A stretch of 26,079 bases of DNA from a virus. Lineage: Duplodnaviria > Caudoviricetes. This document shows positions 7,091 to 15,543 of this stretch, piece by piece. The stretch is from IMG/VR virus record IMGVR_UViG_3300027798_000194, positions 1 through 26,079 of that record. One strand, written 5' to 3'. The notes beneath the pieces are model-generated. The model saw only the letters and a program-made list of their open reading frames with translations, made no database searches and was not told the origin of the DNA. A program made the position numbers and the translations under genes. Within the stretch, counting starts at the first letter, position 1; each line of letters begins with the position of its first letter.

Positions 7091-8278
7091 ATGACATCGA
7101 TTAAGGATCTTAAGTCTGATCATAGAAATGCTCGTAAACGTACTGATCGTTCTGCATCATTAATTGCAGAATCACTTAAACGATTTGGCGCTGCACGCAG
7201 CATTGTTATTGATGAAGACAATCGCATCCTTGCTGGTAATGGCACGGTTGAAGGTGCTAAAGCCGCTGGCATTCAAAACATTCGTGTTATCGAAACTGAT
7301 GGCACTGAAATTATTGCCGTAAAACGTACTGGCTTAAGCGAAGACGACAAGATCGGCCTTGCGCTAGCTGATAACCGCACCAGTGATTTATCCGATTGGG
7401 ACAAGGACATGCTGCAACAGCTCAGCGCAGAACACGACCTAGCGCCATGGTTTGAAGCGGATGACCTAGCCGAGATCATTGGAGAAGCGGAGCAGTTACC
7501 AACCGAGGGCCTGACCGATGCCGATGACGTGCCTGAGGCCCCTGAGGAGCCGATCACCAAGCCTGGTGATGTGTGGCTACTGGGGAACCATCGCGTGATG
7601 TGCGGGGACAGCACGTCGCTGATCGAGGTGGAGCGGTTGATGGCTGGCGACAAAGCAGATGTTTTGTTTACCGATCCGCCTTATGGAATTAACTTTAAAC
7701 CTCAACGAGGGACTCATGACATTATTTTGAATGACAATTTAGAGGGCGCAAAGTTTGATAATTTTTTGGATGAGGTCTTTAGTTCGGCGCTATTGGTGAT
7801 GAAACCAGATACTTACGCTTTCGTCTGGACTGGTTGGCCTAATATTGGGGCGTTTGAGCGTTCGCTTAAAAAGTTCTTCAAAATTCAGGCATTGCACATT
7901 TGGGTTAAAAACAATTTTGGCATTGGTTATTATTCGCGACCTAAACATGAACCTTTTTACCTTTGCCTTAATGGTAAGCCTGTCTACCCAAGCACAGCAC
8001 CAGCAGATGTTTGGGAATACGCCCGAGTTCACAAGACGATCCATTCCTGCGAAAAGCCAGTTGGTTTGATTGAAAATATTTTGAACATTTACCACAAAAA
8101 CAGTGTTGTGATGGACCTGTTCGGCGGCAGCGGCAGCACGCTGATTGCTTGCGAGAAAACTAACCGCCATGCTCGCCTAATGGAGCTAGACCCCAAATAT
8201 TGCGACGTGATCGTGAAACGCTGGGAGCAGTTCACGGGCAACAAAGCTATGCTTGAGCTAATATCTGAGGCGTTTTAG
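7091..8278 (+). CDS. ParB/Srx-like N-terminal domain fused to beta-class amino (N6A/N4C) DNA methyltransferase
   Basis: SLKRFG..RSIVID....ILAGNG, ALADNR; LGNHRVMCGDS, TDPPY, HSCEKP, DLFGGSGST, MELDPKYCDVI; motif IV precedes motif I. Confidence 0.92.
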   Translation: MTSIKDLKSDHRNARKRTDRSASLIAESLKRFGAARSIVIDEDNRILAGNGTVEGAKAAGIQNIRVIETDGTEIIAVKRTGLSEDDKIGLALADNRTSDLSDWDKDMLQQLSAEHDLAPWFEADDLAEIIGEAEQLPTEGLTDADDVPEAPEEPITKPGDVWLLGNHRVMCGDSTSLIEVERLMAGDKADVLFTDPPYGINFKPQRGTHDIILNDNLEGAKFDNFLDEVFSSALLVMKPDTYAFVWTGWPNIGAFERSLKKFFKIQALHIWVKNNFGIGYYSRPKHEPFYLCLNGKPVYPSTAPADVWEYARVHKTIHSCEKPVGLIENILNIYHKNSVVMDLFGGSGSTLIACEKTNRHARLMELDPKYCDVIVKRWEQFTGNKAMLELISEAF

Positions 8279-8601
8279 TGGCCGCCCCAAGAGGCACCAG
8301 GCAAGATACACTCGACCGTGCGAATCGCTTTGCGCGGATAATAGCTAGCGGAGGCCGCAGGTCTGATTGTATTCGATATGCCTCGGAACATTGGGGAGTA
8401 GGTGATCGTACTGTTGATCAATATCTTAAACTTGCGCGTGAACAACTTAAGGCTGATTGGGATATTGAACGCCCGCAAATGGTAGCTGATTTGTTAAGTC
8501 AACTAAGCACTTTACAGATGGAAGCTAGACGTGCAGGGCAGTTTCATATTGCGCTTGGTGCTATTAATACAGCAGCTAAGTTAACTCAACTCTGTTCGTG
8601 A
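8278..8601 (+). CDS. terS: Putative terminase small subunit (HTH)
   Basis: 107 aa, WGVGDRTVDQY HTH-like segment, immediately upstream of and overlapping the large terminase. Confidence 0.65.
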   Translation: MAAPRGTRQDTLDRANRFARIIASGGRRSDCIRYASEHWGVGDRTVDQYLKLAREQLKADWDIERPQMVADLLSQLSTLQMEARRAGQFHIALGAINTAAKLTQLCS

Positions 8602-9941
8602 GTATCCTTCTTGAAGTTCCCTCAGGTTATGTTTGCCATCGAAGAGGTGAAACCGCAACTATTACACCAACAATTGCAGAAGTTTTAGAACGTATCCATG
8701 CTGATTTATTGCCACATCAACAAGTCTTTTGTGATAACATTACACATCGCAAGATTGGTTTAGTTTGTGGATTTGGTGCAGGCAAAACTTACGGATTAGT
8801 TAGCAAGGCCGTTAGTCTTGCCGCCCAGAATGTTGGCTTTGTATCGGCACTATTTGAACCTGTTGCGCCAATGCTTCGAGATATTTTACAACGTACCATT
8901 GATGATTGCCTTGCTAAATGGGAGATACCTTACACTTTTCGTGTTTCGCCATTACCTGAATATACATTGAGCTTTGCTGAAGGCCAGCATACAATTCTGT
9001 TGCGCACCATGGAAACATGGAACCGCATTCGGGGCCAGAACCTTTGTGCTATTGGTTTTGATGAAGCGGATACAGCGCCAATGCGTATAGCACAAAGCGC
9101 TACGCAGATGGCACTCGCTCGTCTGCGTTCTGGCAATGTTCGCCAATTTTATGCTGCTACTACACCTGAAGGTTTTGGTTGGGCGTATAAAACATTTAAA
9201 TCTGAAGCAACAGACGACACGTTGTTAATCCAAGCCCGCACTGAAGACAATCCACATCTACCGCTTGATTTTATACCAAGCTTAATTGAAAATTATCCAG
9301 CCAATTTAATTAAAGCGTATTTAAACGGTGAATTTGTTAACCTTACGACTGGCACTGTTTATGACAGGTTTGATAGATCAAAACATGTAGTAACGCAATT
9401 GCCAGATTACAGTGAAGAACCGTTGCGTATTGGCGTTGACTTTAACATCGGTAACATGTCGGCGGTTATTGGTATTCGTAGCGGCAAAGGATTATTAATA
9501 ATTGACGAGATCAGCGGTGCGCATGATACCGATGCGTTAGGTGCCGAGATCCGCAGGCGATATCCAGGCCATCGGCTTTATGGCTACCCAGACGCCAGCG
9601 GCGGTAATCGTTCTACAAATGCAACGCAAACCGATATTCAGATACTGGAGCAATATGGCATCAGCAACCAATCGCCTAAAGCCAATCCGCCTGTGCGCGA
9701 TCGTGTCGCGGCAGTGCAGGCATTACTTGAAAATGGTAAAGGTGAGCACAGGTTGCATATCAGCCATACCTGCAAACGCATGATTGAATGTTTAGAACTG
9801 CAATGTTATAGCTCTAACGGCGCACCAGATAAGGAAGGCGGACACGATCACATGACAGACGCGCTCGGCTATCTGGTATGGCGTGAGTTTAACCCGCTAC
9901 ACGCTGGGGCTGGGCGCGGTACAGGCATTAGAATATATTAG
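8598..9941 (+). CDS. terL: Terminase large subunit
   Basis: LLPHQ, Walker A GFGAGKT, Walker B IGFDEA, TTPEG, nuclease IGVDFN, DASG, DHMTDALGY. Confidence 0.95.
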   Translation: MSILLEVPSGYVCHRRGETATITPTIAEVLERIHADLLPHQQVFCDNITHRKIGLVCGFGAGKTYGLVSKAVSLAAQNVGFVSALFEPVAPMLRDILQRTIDDCLAKWEIPYTFRVSPLPEYTLSFAEGQHTILLRTMETWNRIRGQNLCAIGFDEADTAPMRIAQSATQMALARLRSGNVRQFYAATTPEGFGWAYKTFKSEATDDTLLIQARTEDNPHLPLDFIPSLIENYPANLIKAYLNGEFVNLTTGTVYDRFDRSKHVVTQLPDYSEEPLRIGVDFNIGNMSAVIGIRSGKGLLIIDEISGAHDTDALGAEIRRRYPGHRLYGYPDASGGNRSTNATQTDIQILEQYGISNQSPKANPPVRDRVAAVQALLENGKGEHRLHISHTCKRMIECLELQCYSSNGAPDKEGGHDHMTDALGYLVWREFNPLHAGAGRGTGIRIY

Positions 9942-9959
9942 ATTTATAGGTCACTGCTT

Positions 9960-11789
9960 ATGGCTAAGGGAGGCAAAGGCCGTAAGGGTGGCGGCGGAGG
10001 CAAAGGCAAAACTCGTAAATACAGCCGCGACAGTAACGGCAGGTTTGCTAGCACTGGTACAGGCGCGACGGCTAGAGGTGGGAGGTTATTAACTCCAAAA
10101 GGCAATAAACGTAAAACGCAAACAATGGAGGCAGGTGGAGCTAAAGCAGCCGGCACCATTAAAGGCAAGGTAAAACGCGACCCAGCCGCCGCTAGCAAGG
10201 TTGCGCAGCGTAAGGCAGCAGCTAAACCCACAGCAGCTAAACCCACAGCAGCTAAACTTCCTAGGGCGCAGCGTTTAGAGCGGGCAACCGCTACTGCAAA
10301 TCGGATTGCAAAGGATCGAAGCGCTAAATCAGATGCGGCGACAGCAGCATTGATGGCCCGCAAAGGCATTTCACAACGCGCATCGTCTAAAGGCAAATAC
10401 GCGGCATTTCAGAAAGAGGACGCCGCTGGCAAAACCTCTGCTACTGCGATGAGAAAATGGCAAGGAGCTGAGAAAAGAGCTGAAAATCTCAGAAAAGCCA
10501 AAGGGAGCGAAACCACAGCAGCTAAGCCCCCTGCAGCTAAGCCCACGGCAAAGGCCCTAGGCGGTCGCCTAGACCCAGCCAAGAAAGCTTTCCGCGCTGC
10601 TGATAAGAAATTCCTAAGCACAATTCAAAAAGAAGGCTTTATTTCCAAGGCGGCGCAAAATACTCGCCGCGATGCAAAAGCAGATGCTTACCGTTCTGGC
10701 GTCAAGACCCCAATAGCAAAAGGGGCCAAAGTAAATAATACAATTAGCAAAACAAAAGAAAAGCGCGATCTAGGCGCTAAACAAAGATTGTTTAAGCAGC
10801 GGATTACTCGCGCTTACGATCTTCCTCAAAATAAAACTGGCGCTAAAGGTAAAAGGACTGCACAAATTCGAGCAAAAGCAATTGCTACTTTACAAGGCGC
10901 TAAACGACCCGATATATCAGATACCACTGTTGGGGGGCTTCGCAGAAGTAGAACATCTACCGGATATAAAGCACCAAGCTCTAGGCTCCCAGCGCCTTCC
11001 CGCGCAGCTCGCGTCCAAGGCAGGGCTAGGGCTTTAGCTCAGACACAAAGATTCAATAAAGCTGGCAATCGTATAGGTAATCCAAAGAAACTTGATAGCA
11101 AAAGGATCATAGGAGCAAGAGCAGTCGATTTTGGTAACAGGCCGAAAGCGTTCCTAAGAAGAGAGTTAGTTCAAAATGTTAATAGCAGAGGTGTCAAAGG
11201 CACCGCTGGATTCGTATCTAATCCCCGCAGCCTTACGCAAACACCAAAGCGCATTAAACCTCAGGCCGCAAAGGCAACCAGCGCAAAAGGCGCACGGTTA
11301 GGAGGGCCAAGAAGCACAACTAAAGCCGCAGCACCTAAGAACACCACATCTAACCGTACCGGTCAAAGCAAAACTCTTAATAGATTCAACAGCCGCCCTG
11401 TTGGGACAATGGTTGTGGGCAAGGGCATCAATTTGGTGCCTAGTACTAAGCGCGTGCCCCTTAATATCCAAGTGAAATTAAATGATCAAGCATTTGCTCG
11501 AATGGCAACTAAAGCTGCAAGAGCAAGAGCAGCAGCACCTGCTAAAGCAAAAGCACAGCGATCACAATTAAATCGAGAAGCCCGCGCCCTTGCGAATCAA
11601 AAACGAACTGCGCAAGCAGTGGTAGCTAAAGGAGGCAAACGCCCTAGCCCAACACGTAAGCAAAAGAAAAGTCTTGCTATCGCTGATGCGGCGCGGACAT
11701 TTTACTCAGCAAAACGCGTAAATAGTTTGCCTACTTTCAAGGTAAACACAAGCAAGCCAGGTTTCCGTAAACCACGCCCTATGCGCTAA
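9960..11789 (+). CDS. Very basic Lys/Arg/Ala-rich protein, 609 aa (histone H1-like composition)
   Basis: About a quarter K+R, fewer than 30 D/E by manual count, no Cys; RDSNGRF motif; AAKP repeats; in sense with the packaging operon. Confidence 0.85.
   Translation: MAKGGKGRKGGGGGKGKTRKYSRDSNGRFASTGTGATARGGRLLTPKGNKRKTQTMEAGGAKAAGTIKGKVKRDPAAASKVAQRKAAAKPTAAKPTAAKLPRAQRLERATATANRIAKDRSAKSDAATAALMARKGISQRASSKGKYAAFQKEDAAGKTSATAMRKWQGAEKRAENLRKAKGSETTAAKPPAAKPTAKALGGRLDPAKKAFRAADKKFLSTIQKEGFISKAAQNTRRDAKADAYRSGVKTPIAKGAKVNNTISKTKEKRDLGAKQRLFKQRITRAYDLPQNKTGAKGKRTAQIRAKAIATLQGAKRPDISDTTVGGLRRSRTSTGYKAPSSRLPAPSRAARVQGRARALAQTQRFNKAGNRIGNPKKLDSKRIIGARAVDFGNRPKAFLRRELVQNVNSRGVKGTAGFVSNPRSLTQTPKRIKPQAAKATSAKGARLGGPRSTTKAAAPKNTTSNRTGQSKTLNRFNSRPVGTMVVGKGINLVPSTKRVPLNIQVKLNDQAFARMATKAARARAAAPAKAKAQRSQLNREARALANQKRTAQAVVAKGGKRPSPTRKQKKSLAIADAARTFYSAKRVNSLPTFKVNTSKPGFRKPRPMR
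10216..10257 (+). repeat. 15-bp coding tandem repeat (AAKPT)
   Basis: CAGCAGCTAAACCCA x2.8; diverged second cluster near 10513-10548 (TAAKPPAAKPTA). Confidence 0.85.
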
Positions 11790-11815
11790 GCTAGCGACGT
11801 CCACATTGAAGTCAT

Positions 11816-11977
11816 ATGGAAACGTTTCTTGAAGAACTTGATGCTTTGATTGCAGAGCAAGACCTGTCAGTCATTGAAGTTGTTGGTGCATTGCAATATG
11901 TGCAGCAGCGGCTAGTGATTGATGCTTATGTTGACAATGATGATGAAGAAGAGGAGGAAGCTGATGCAGAAGCCTAA
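11816..11977 (+). CDS. Very acidic small protein, 53 aa (not in ORF track)
   Basis: METFLEELDALIAEQDLSVIEVVGALQYVQQRLVIDAYVDNDDEEEEEADAEA; 18 D/E, 1 R, 0 K. Confidence 0.75.
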   Translation: METFLEELDALIAEQDLSVIEVVGALQYVQQRLVIDAYVDNDDEEEEEADAEA

Positions 11978-12092
11978 AGTGACGGCTGTTGGCCGTTTGC
12001 TAAAACCTAAAGGCAATGAACCGCAGATCCATCATGTGATTGCCATTAACGCTGATGGCGAGGTAAGGACGGTTATCAAGGCTAAACTATAA
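11964..12092 (+). CDS. Small basic beta-rich protein, 42 aa (not in ORF track)
   Basis: MQKPKVTAVGRLLKPKGNEPQIHHVIAINADGEVRTVIKAKL; GAGGAGG upstream of the ATG; fills the gap to the portal. Confidence 0.7.
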   Translation: MQKPKVTAVGRLLKPKGNEPQIHHVIAINADGEVRTVIKAKL

Positions 12093-12109
12093 GCAAATAG
12101 GCCGGTCGC

Positions 12110-13495
12110 ATGTACACAGGGTTTAATTTCTACGACCGGCCTACTGCTGACCGCAAGGTCACAAAGGTGCAAGATGCAAATACCGCATGGTATGCGCAGG
12201 AATCGCATTGGATGCTTATTGAAGATTTAATGCAAGGCACCTACGGGATGCGCAAAAGGCATCGCCGCTACCTGCCGCAAGAGCCTAGAGAACAAGATGA
12301 AAGTTTTGACAATCGTTTGGCTAGAAGTGTTTGCCCGCCTTACTATCAACGTTTAGAGCGGATGTTGGCAGGGATGTTAACACGTAAGCCCGTCAGGCTA
12401 AATGATACCAGCGACAACATACGTGAACAACTATTTGACGTTGATCTGCAAGGTAATGATCTAAATGTTTGGACATATGAAACTGCACGCAAGTTGGTGC
12501 GTTACGGCCACATTGGAACATTAGTTGATGCACCATCAGATGGCGGTAGACCGTACTGGTGCACCTACACACCACGGCAAATTTTAGGTTGGCGTACTGA
12601 AGCGAAAGACGGGCAGCAGCAACTCACGATGTTGCGATTGCTGGAATCGGTGATTGTGCCTGATGGCGATTACGGTGAGAAGGCAGTGCAGCAAGTTCGC
12701 GTCTTAACACCAGGTGCATACGAGCTACATCAAAAGCAAGATAACAGCGAGTTTAAAATTGTAGAAGAAGGTAATACAAGCCTTAGCGAGATACCGTTTA
12801 GCGTTGCATACAGCAACCGTGTTGGTTATTTAGAATCAAGGCCACCATTAGAAGATATCGCAGAACTAAACCTTAAAACCTATCAAATACAATCAGATCT
12901 TGACAACCAGCTACATATATCAGCAGTGCCGATGTTGGCATTCTTTGGCTTCCCGTCAGCAGCAGAAGAAGTATCAGCAGGCCCAGGAGAGGCTATTGCA
13001 TTTCCCGCAGATGGTCGGGCCGAATACATAGAACCAGGTGGCACCAGTTTTGAGTACCAATTCAAGCGGCTAGAGCAGCTTGCAGGGCAGATTAATGAGC
13101 TTGGTTTATCAGCAGTGTTAGGCCAGAAGTTAAGCGCCGAAACAGCAGAGGCAAAAAGAATTGACCGCAGCCAAGGCGACAGCACCATGATGGTAATTGC
13201 GCAGAATATGCAAGACATGATTGATAACTGCTTACGCTTCCATGCTGAATATCTTGGCACTACTGAGGCGGCTGGCAGTTGTCATGTAAATCGTGATTTT
13301 ATTGGCGCAAGGCTAGAACCTCAAGAGATCCAGGCATTACTACAGCTTTATACCGCTGGCACCATTACGCAAGAAACACTACTGGAGCAACTTGCTAACG
13401 GTGAAGTGTTAGGCGATGATTTTGATGTAGAAGAAGAACTAAGCGCAACTGCTAACGGAGGGCTGAATGACGATACCGGCAGCCCTATTTCGTAA
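12110..13495 (+). CDS. Portal protein (DUF4055-like)
   Basis: YLPQ..E....F..RL.R, DVDLQG..L, G.LVD.P, PPL.DIAELN...YQ..SD, ETAEA..ID; 461 aa; position. Confidence 0.9.
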   Translation: MYTGFNFYDRPTADRKVTKVQDANTAWYAQESHWMLIEDLMQGTYGMRKRHRRYLPQEPREQDESFDNRLARSVCPPYYQRLERMLAGMLTRKPVRLNDTSDNIREQLFDVDLQGNDLNVWTYETARKLVRYGHIGTLVDAPSDGGRPYWCTYTPRQILGWRTEAKDGQQQLTMLRLLESVIVPDGDYGEKAVQQVRVLTPGAYELHQKQDNSEFKIVEEGNTSLSEIPFSVAYSNRVGYLESRPPLEDIAELNLKTYQIQSDLDNQLHISAVPMLAFFGFPSAAEEVSAGPGEAIAFPADGRAEYIEPGGTSFEYQFKRLEQLAGQINELGLSAVLGQKLSAETAEAKRIDRSQGDSTMMVIAQNMQDMIDNCLRFHAEYLGTTEAAGSCHVNRDFIGARLEPQEIQALLQLYTAGTITQETLLEQLANGEVLGDDFDVEEELSATANGGLNDDTGSPIS

Positions 13496-14696
13496 CGCAA
13501 TTGATTTAAACCGTTACAGCAATAGTGTAGGGCGACAAGTAATCACAACTTACAATAATATTATTATTGATGCGGTAAACCAACTACGAACAATAGATGA
13601 ATTAGCAGCACCAGTAAAAGCAGCAAGGTTACGTGCAATACTTGCCCAGCTCAAAGACAGCCTTAATACATGGTCGGGCGATAGTACTGCTATCACTGCA
13701 AGCGAACTGCAAGGCTTAGCAGAACTCCAATCAGATTTCGTTACCGATCAACTGCGGAAGGCATTACCGGCAGGAGCGCGAAGCGTAGTGAATACAGTTG
13801 AAATCAGCCCGCAGTTTGCGCAATCAGTAGTTACAACTGATCCGACACAGATTAATGTCGTGGCATTATCGGATGATTTATATAAATCCGTCTATGGCGT
13901 GGAAGCGTTAGCCAATCAAGCAGGCACTGGAACATTTAACCTCACGGCAGCAAAAGGCGCAACAATCACGTTGCCTAACGGTGAGGTGGTAAGTAAAGCA
14001 TTCCGCGGTATTGCTGTTGATCAAGCTGAACGGTTCAGTCAGGTGGTACGCAATGGGCTTCTGACAGGTGAAGCTACGCCAAAGATTGCAGCTAGGCTCA
14101 TTGGGCAATTGCAATTTGGCGAAACAGCAAAAACTTCACGTCAGCTAATTGCAGCAGGTGGTGAACTTACCGCTGTAGCTAACAACCAGATCATGGCACT
14201 TGTGCGTACAAGCATTAATCAAGTCGCTAATGCTGCCAGCCAACAAGTATATGAATCAAACCAAGACATTACTAAAAAATATCGTTACATTGCAACACTT
14301 GACACCAGAACTAGCGCAAGATGTCGCGCCTTAGATGGTCGTCAGTTTGAATACGGCAAAGGGCCAACACCGCCACAACATTTTAATTGCAGATCAACAA
14401 CAGTACCGGTGCTTGATTATGAGCAGCTTGGTAAAGATCTAGGCATTAAAGATTTAGAACCACCGCCAAGCGGCAAACGTGCAGCATCAGGCGGCATGGT
14501 GCCATCTGACACAACATATGGCGAATGGCTTAAAAAACAACCTCGCTCAGTGCAGGAAGATGTATTAGGAAAGGATAAAGTAGTTTATTTTGACATATTA
14601 ACCGAAAAGTATGGCGCACGCGATGCGATGGCAAAGCTTGTACGTGACGACGGTTCAGAGCTGACGCTAGGGCAACTCCGCAAGCGTTACGGCTAA
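13467..14696 (+). CDS. MuF / SPP1 gp7-like minor head protein (short form, no toxin domain)
   Basis: LVRT, YIATLDTRTSARC..LDG, PPQHFNCRST, TYGEWL, LTL.QL. Confidence 0.9.
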   Translation: MTIPAALFRNAIDLNRYSNSVGRQVITTYNNIIIDAVNQLRTIDELAAPVKAARLRAILAQLKDSLNTWSGDSTAITASELQGLAELQSDFVTDQLRKALPAGARSVVNTVEISPQFAQSVVTTDPTQINVVALSDDLYKSVYGVEALANQAGTGTFNLTAAKGATITLPNGEVVSKAFRGIAVDQAERFSQVVRNGLLTGEATPKIAARLIGQLQFGETAKTSRQLIAAGGELTAVANNQIMALVRTSINQVANAASQQVYESNQDITKKYRYIATLDTRTSARCRALDGRQFEYGKGPTPPQHFNCRSTTVPVLDYEQLGKDLGIKDLEPPPSGKRAASGGMVPSDTTYGEWLKKQPRSVQEDVLGKDKVVYFDILTEKYGARDAMAKLVRDDGSELTLGQLRKRYG

Positions 14697-14728
14697 CATA
14701 TCAGCATTCACTTGCAGTCGAGCGCATC

Positions 14729-14818
14729 ATGCCTGCTTACATGGGCGGCCCAGCAAAACCACAAAAGCCAGCACCAAAAGGCAAAGGCACAAAACCTAAA
14801 GGAGACAAGAAAAAGTAA
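14729..14818 (+). CDS. 29-aa Lys/Pro/Gly-rich peptide (not in ORF track)
   Basis: MPAYMGGPAKPQKPAPKGKGTKPKGDKKK; TAATG coupling to the next gene. Confidence 0.55.
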   Translation: MPAYMGGPAKPQKPAPKGKGTKPKGDKKK

Positions 14819-15039
14819 TGGCAAAACCTCGCCGCGTACCAAAAGACAAGGCAACTGGCTTGCCTAAAAAGTATCTCAGTGGTGCCAAAAACAAGAGCGC
14901 AAAAGCTCTTGAAATTAAGCGCACTGCCGATGCTTACAAACGCGGTGAGTTTATTAACATTCAGGCAGTATCCGAATCGAGGACTAAACAGGATGCCAAG
15001 CGCAACGCCCCTAAACGAAGCAACAAAAAAAGCGCTTAA
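14818..15039 (+). CDS. Small basic protein, 73 aa
   Basis: GGAGA upstream; PKKYLSG motif; K/R rich. Confidence 0.65.
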   Translation: MAKPRRVPKDKATGLPKKYLSGAKNKSAKALEIKRTADAYKRGEFINIQAVSESRTKQDAKRNAPKRSNKKSA

Positions 15040-15238
15040 AGCAAAAGCTGAAGGCACACGCTTTACCTACGGTGAACTTGCTGCGGTTTATCGTCGCGGC
15101 CAAGGCGCATACCTATCCAGCGGCTCACGTAACGTGCCGATGACTGCATGGGCGATGGGTCGCGTTAATAGCTATATCTCAGGTGAAGGCGGCGCACGTA
15201 AAGCAGATGATGATATCTACAAAAAGGCTAGAAAGTAA
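14993..15238 (+). CDS. Small basic protein, 81 aa, DUF5824-like
   Basis: L..VYRRGQGAY...R.....WAMGRVNSY.......AD.D motif; ATG 14993 has GAGGA upstream, preferred over the track start 14879. Confidence 0.7.
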   Translation: MPSATPLNEATKKALKAKAEGTRFTYGELAAVYRRGQGAYLSSGSRNVPMTAWAMGRVNSYISGEGGARKADDDIYKKARK

Positions 15239-15513
15239 TGGCAATCGAACGCGGCGGCCATAAATTTGAAGGTTATAACAAACCGATACGCACGCCAAAT
15301 CATCCTAAGAAATCACATGCGGTACTCGCCAAAGAAGGCGACACCATCAAGTTGATACGATTCGGCCAGCAAGGTGTAAGCGGTAGCCCACCATCTAAAG
15401 GTGAGTCTATGGCTGATAAGGCACGACGCGCTAACTTCAAAGCAAGACATGCGGCCAATATTGCTAAAGGGAAAATGAGTGCTGCATTCTGGGCAGATAA
15501 AGAAAAATGGTAG
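15238..15513 (+). CDS. Conserved-type small basic phage protein, 91 aa
   Basis: YNKP.RTP.HPKKSHAVLA, IRFGQQG, RR..FKARH, SAAFWA...W; TAATG coupling. Confidence 0.8.
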   Translation: MAIERGGHKFEGYNKPIRTPNHPKKSHAVLAKEGDTIKLIRFGQQGVSGSPPSKGESMADKARRANFKARHAANIAKGKMSAAFWADKEKW

Positions 15514-15543
15514 GTAAGATACAACGGCAAACGCAAAATATCA

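Noticed and set aside
9944-10621. Antisense ORFs 9944..10396 and 10409..10621
   Set aside because: Shadows of the low-complexity K/A/R codons on the plus strand
13467-14696. MuF polymorphic toxin with downstream immunity gene
   Set aside because: Protein ends right after the MuF region with no toxin extension
14993-15039. Frameshift fusion of 14818..15039 with 14993..15238 at the A-run near 15025
   Set aside because: Would need a +1 shift; the downstream ORF has its own ATG with GAGGA upstream
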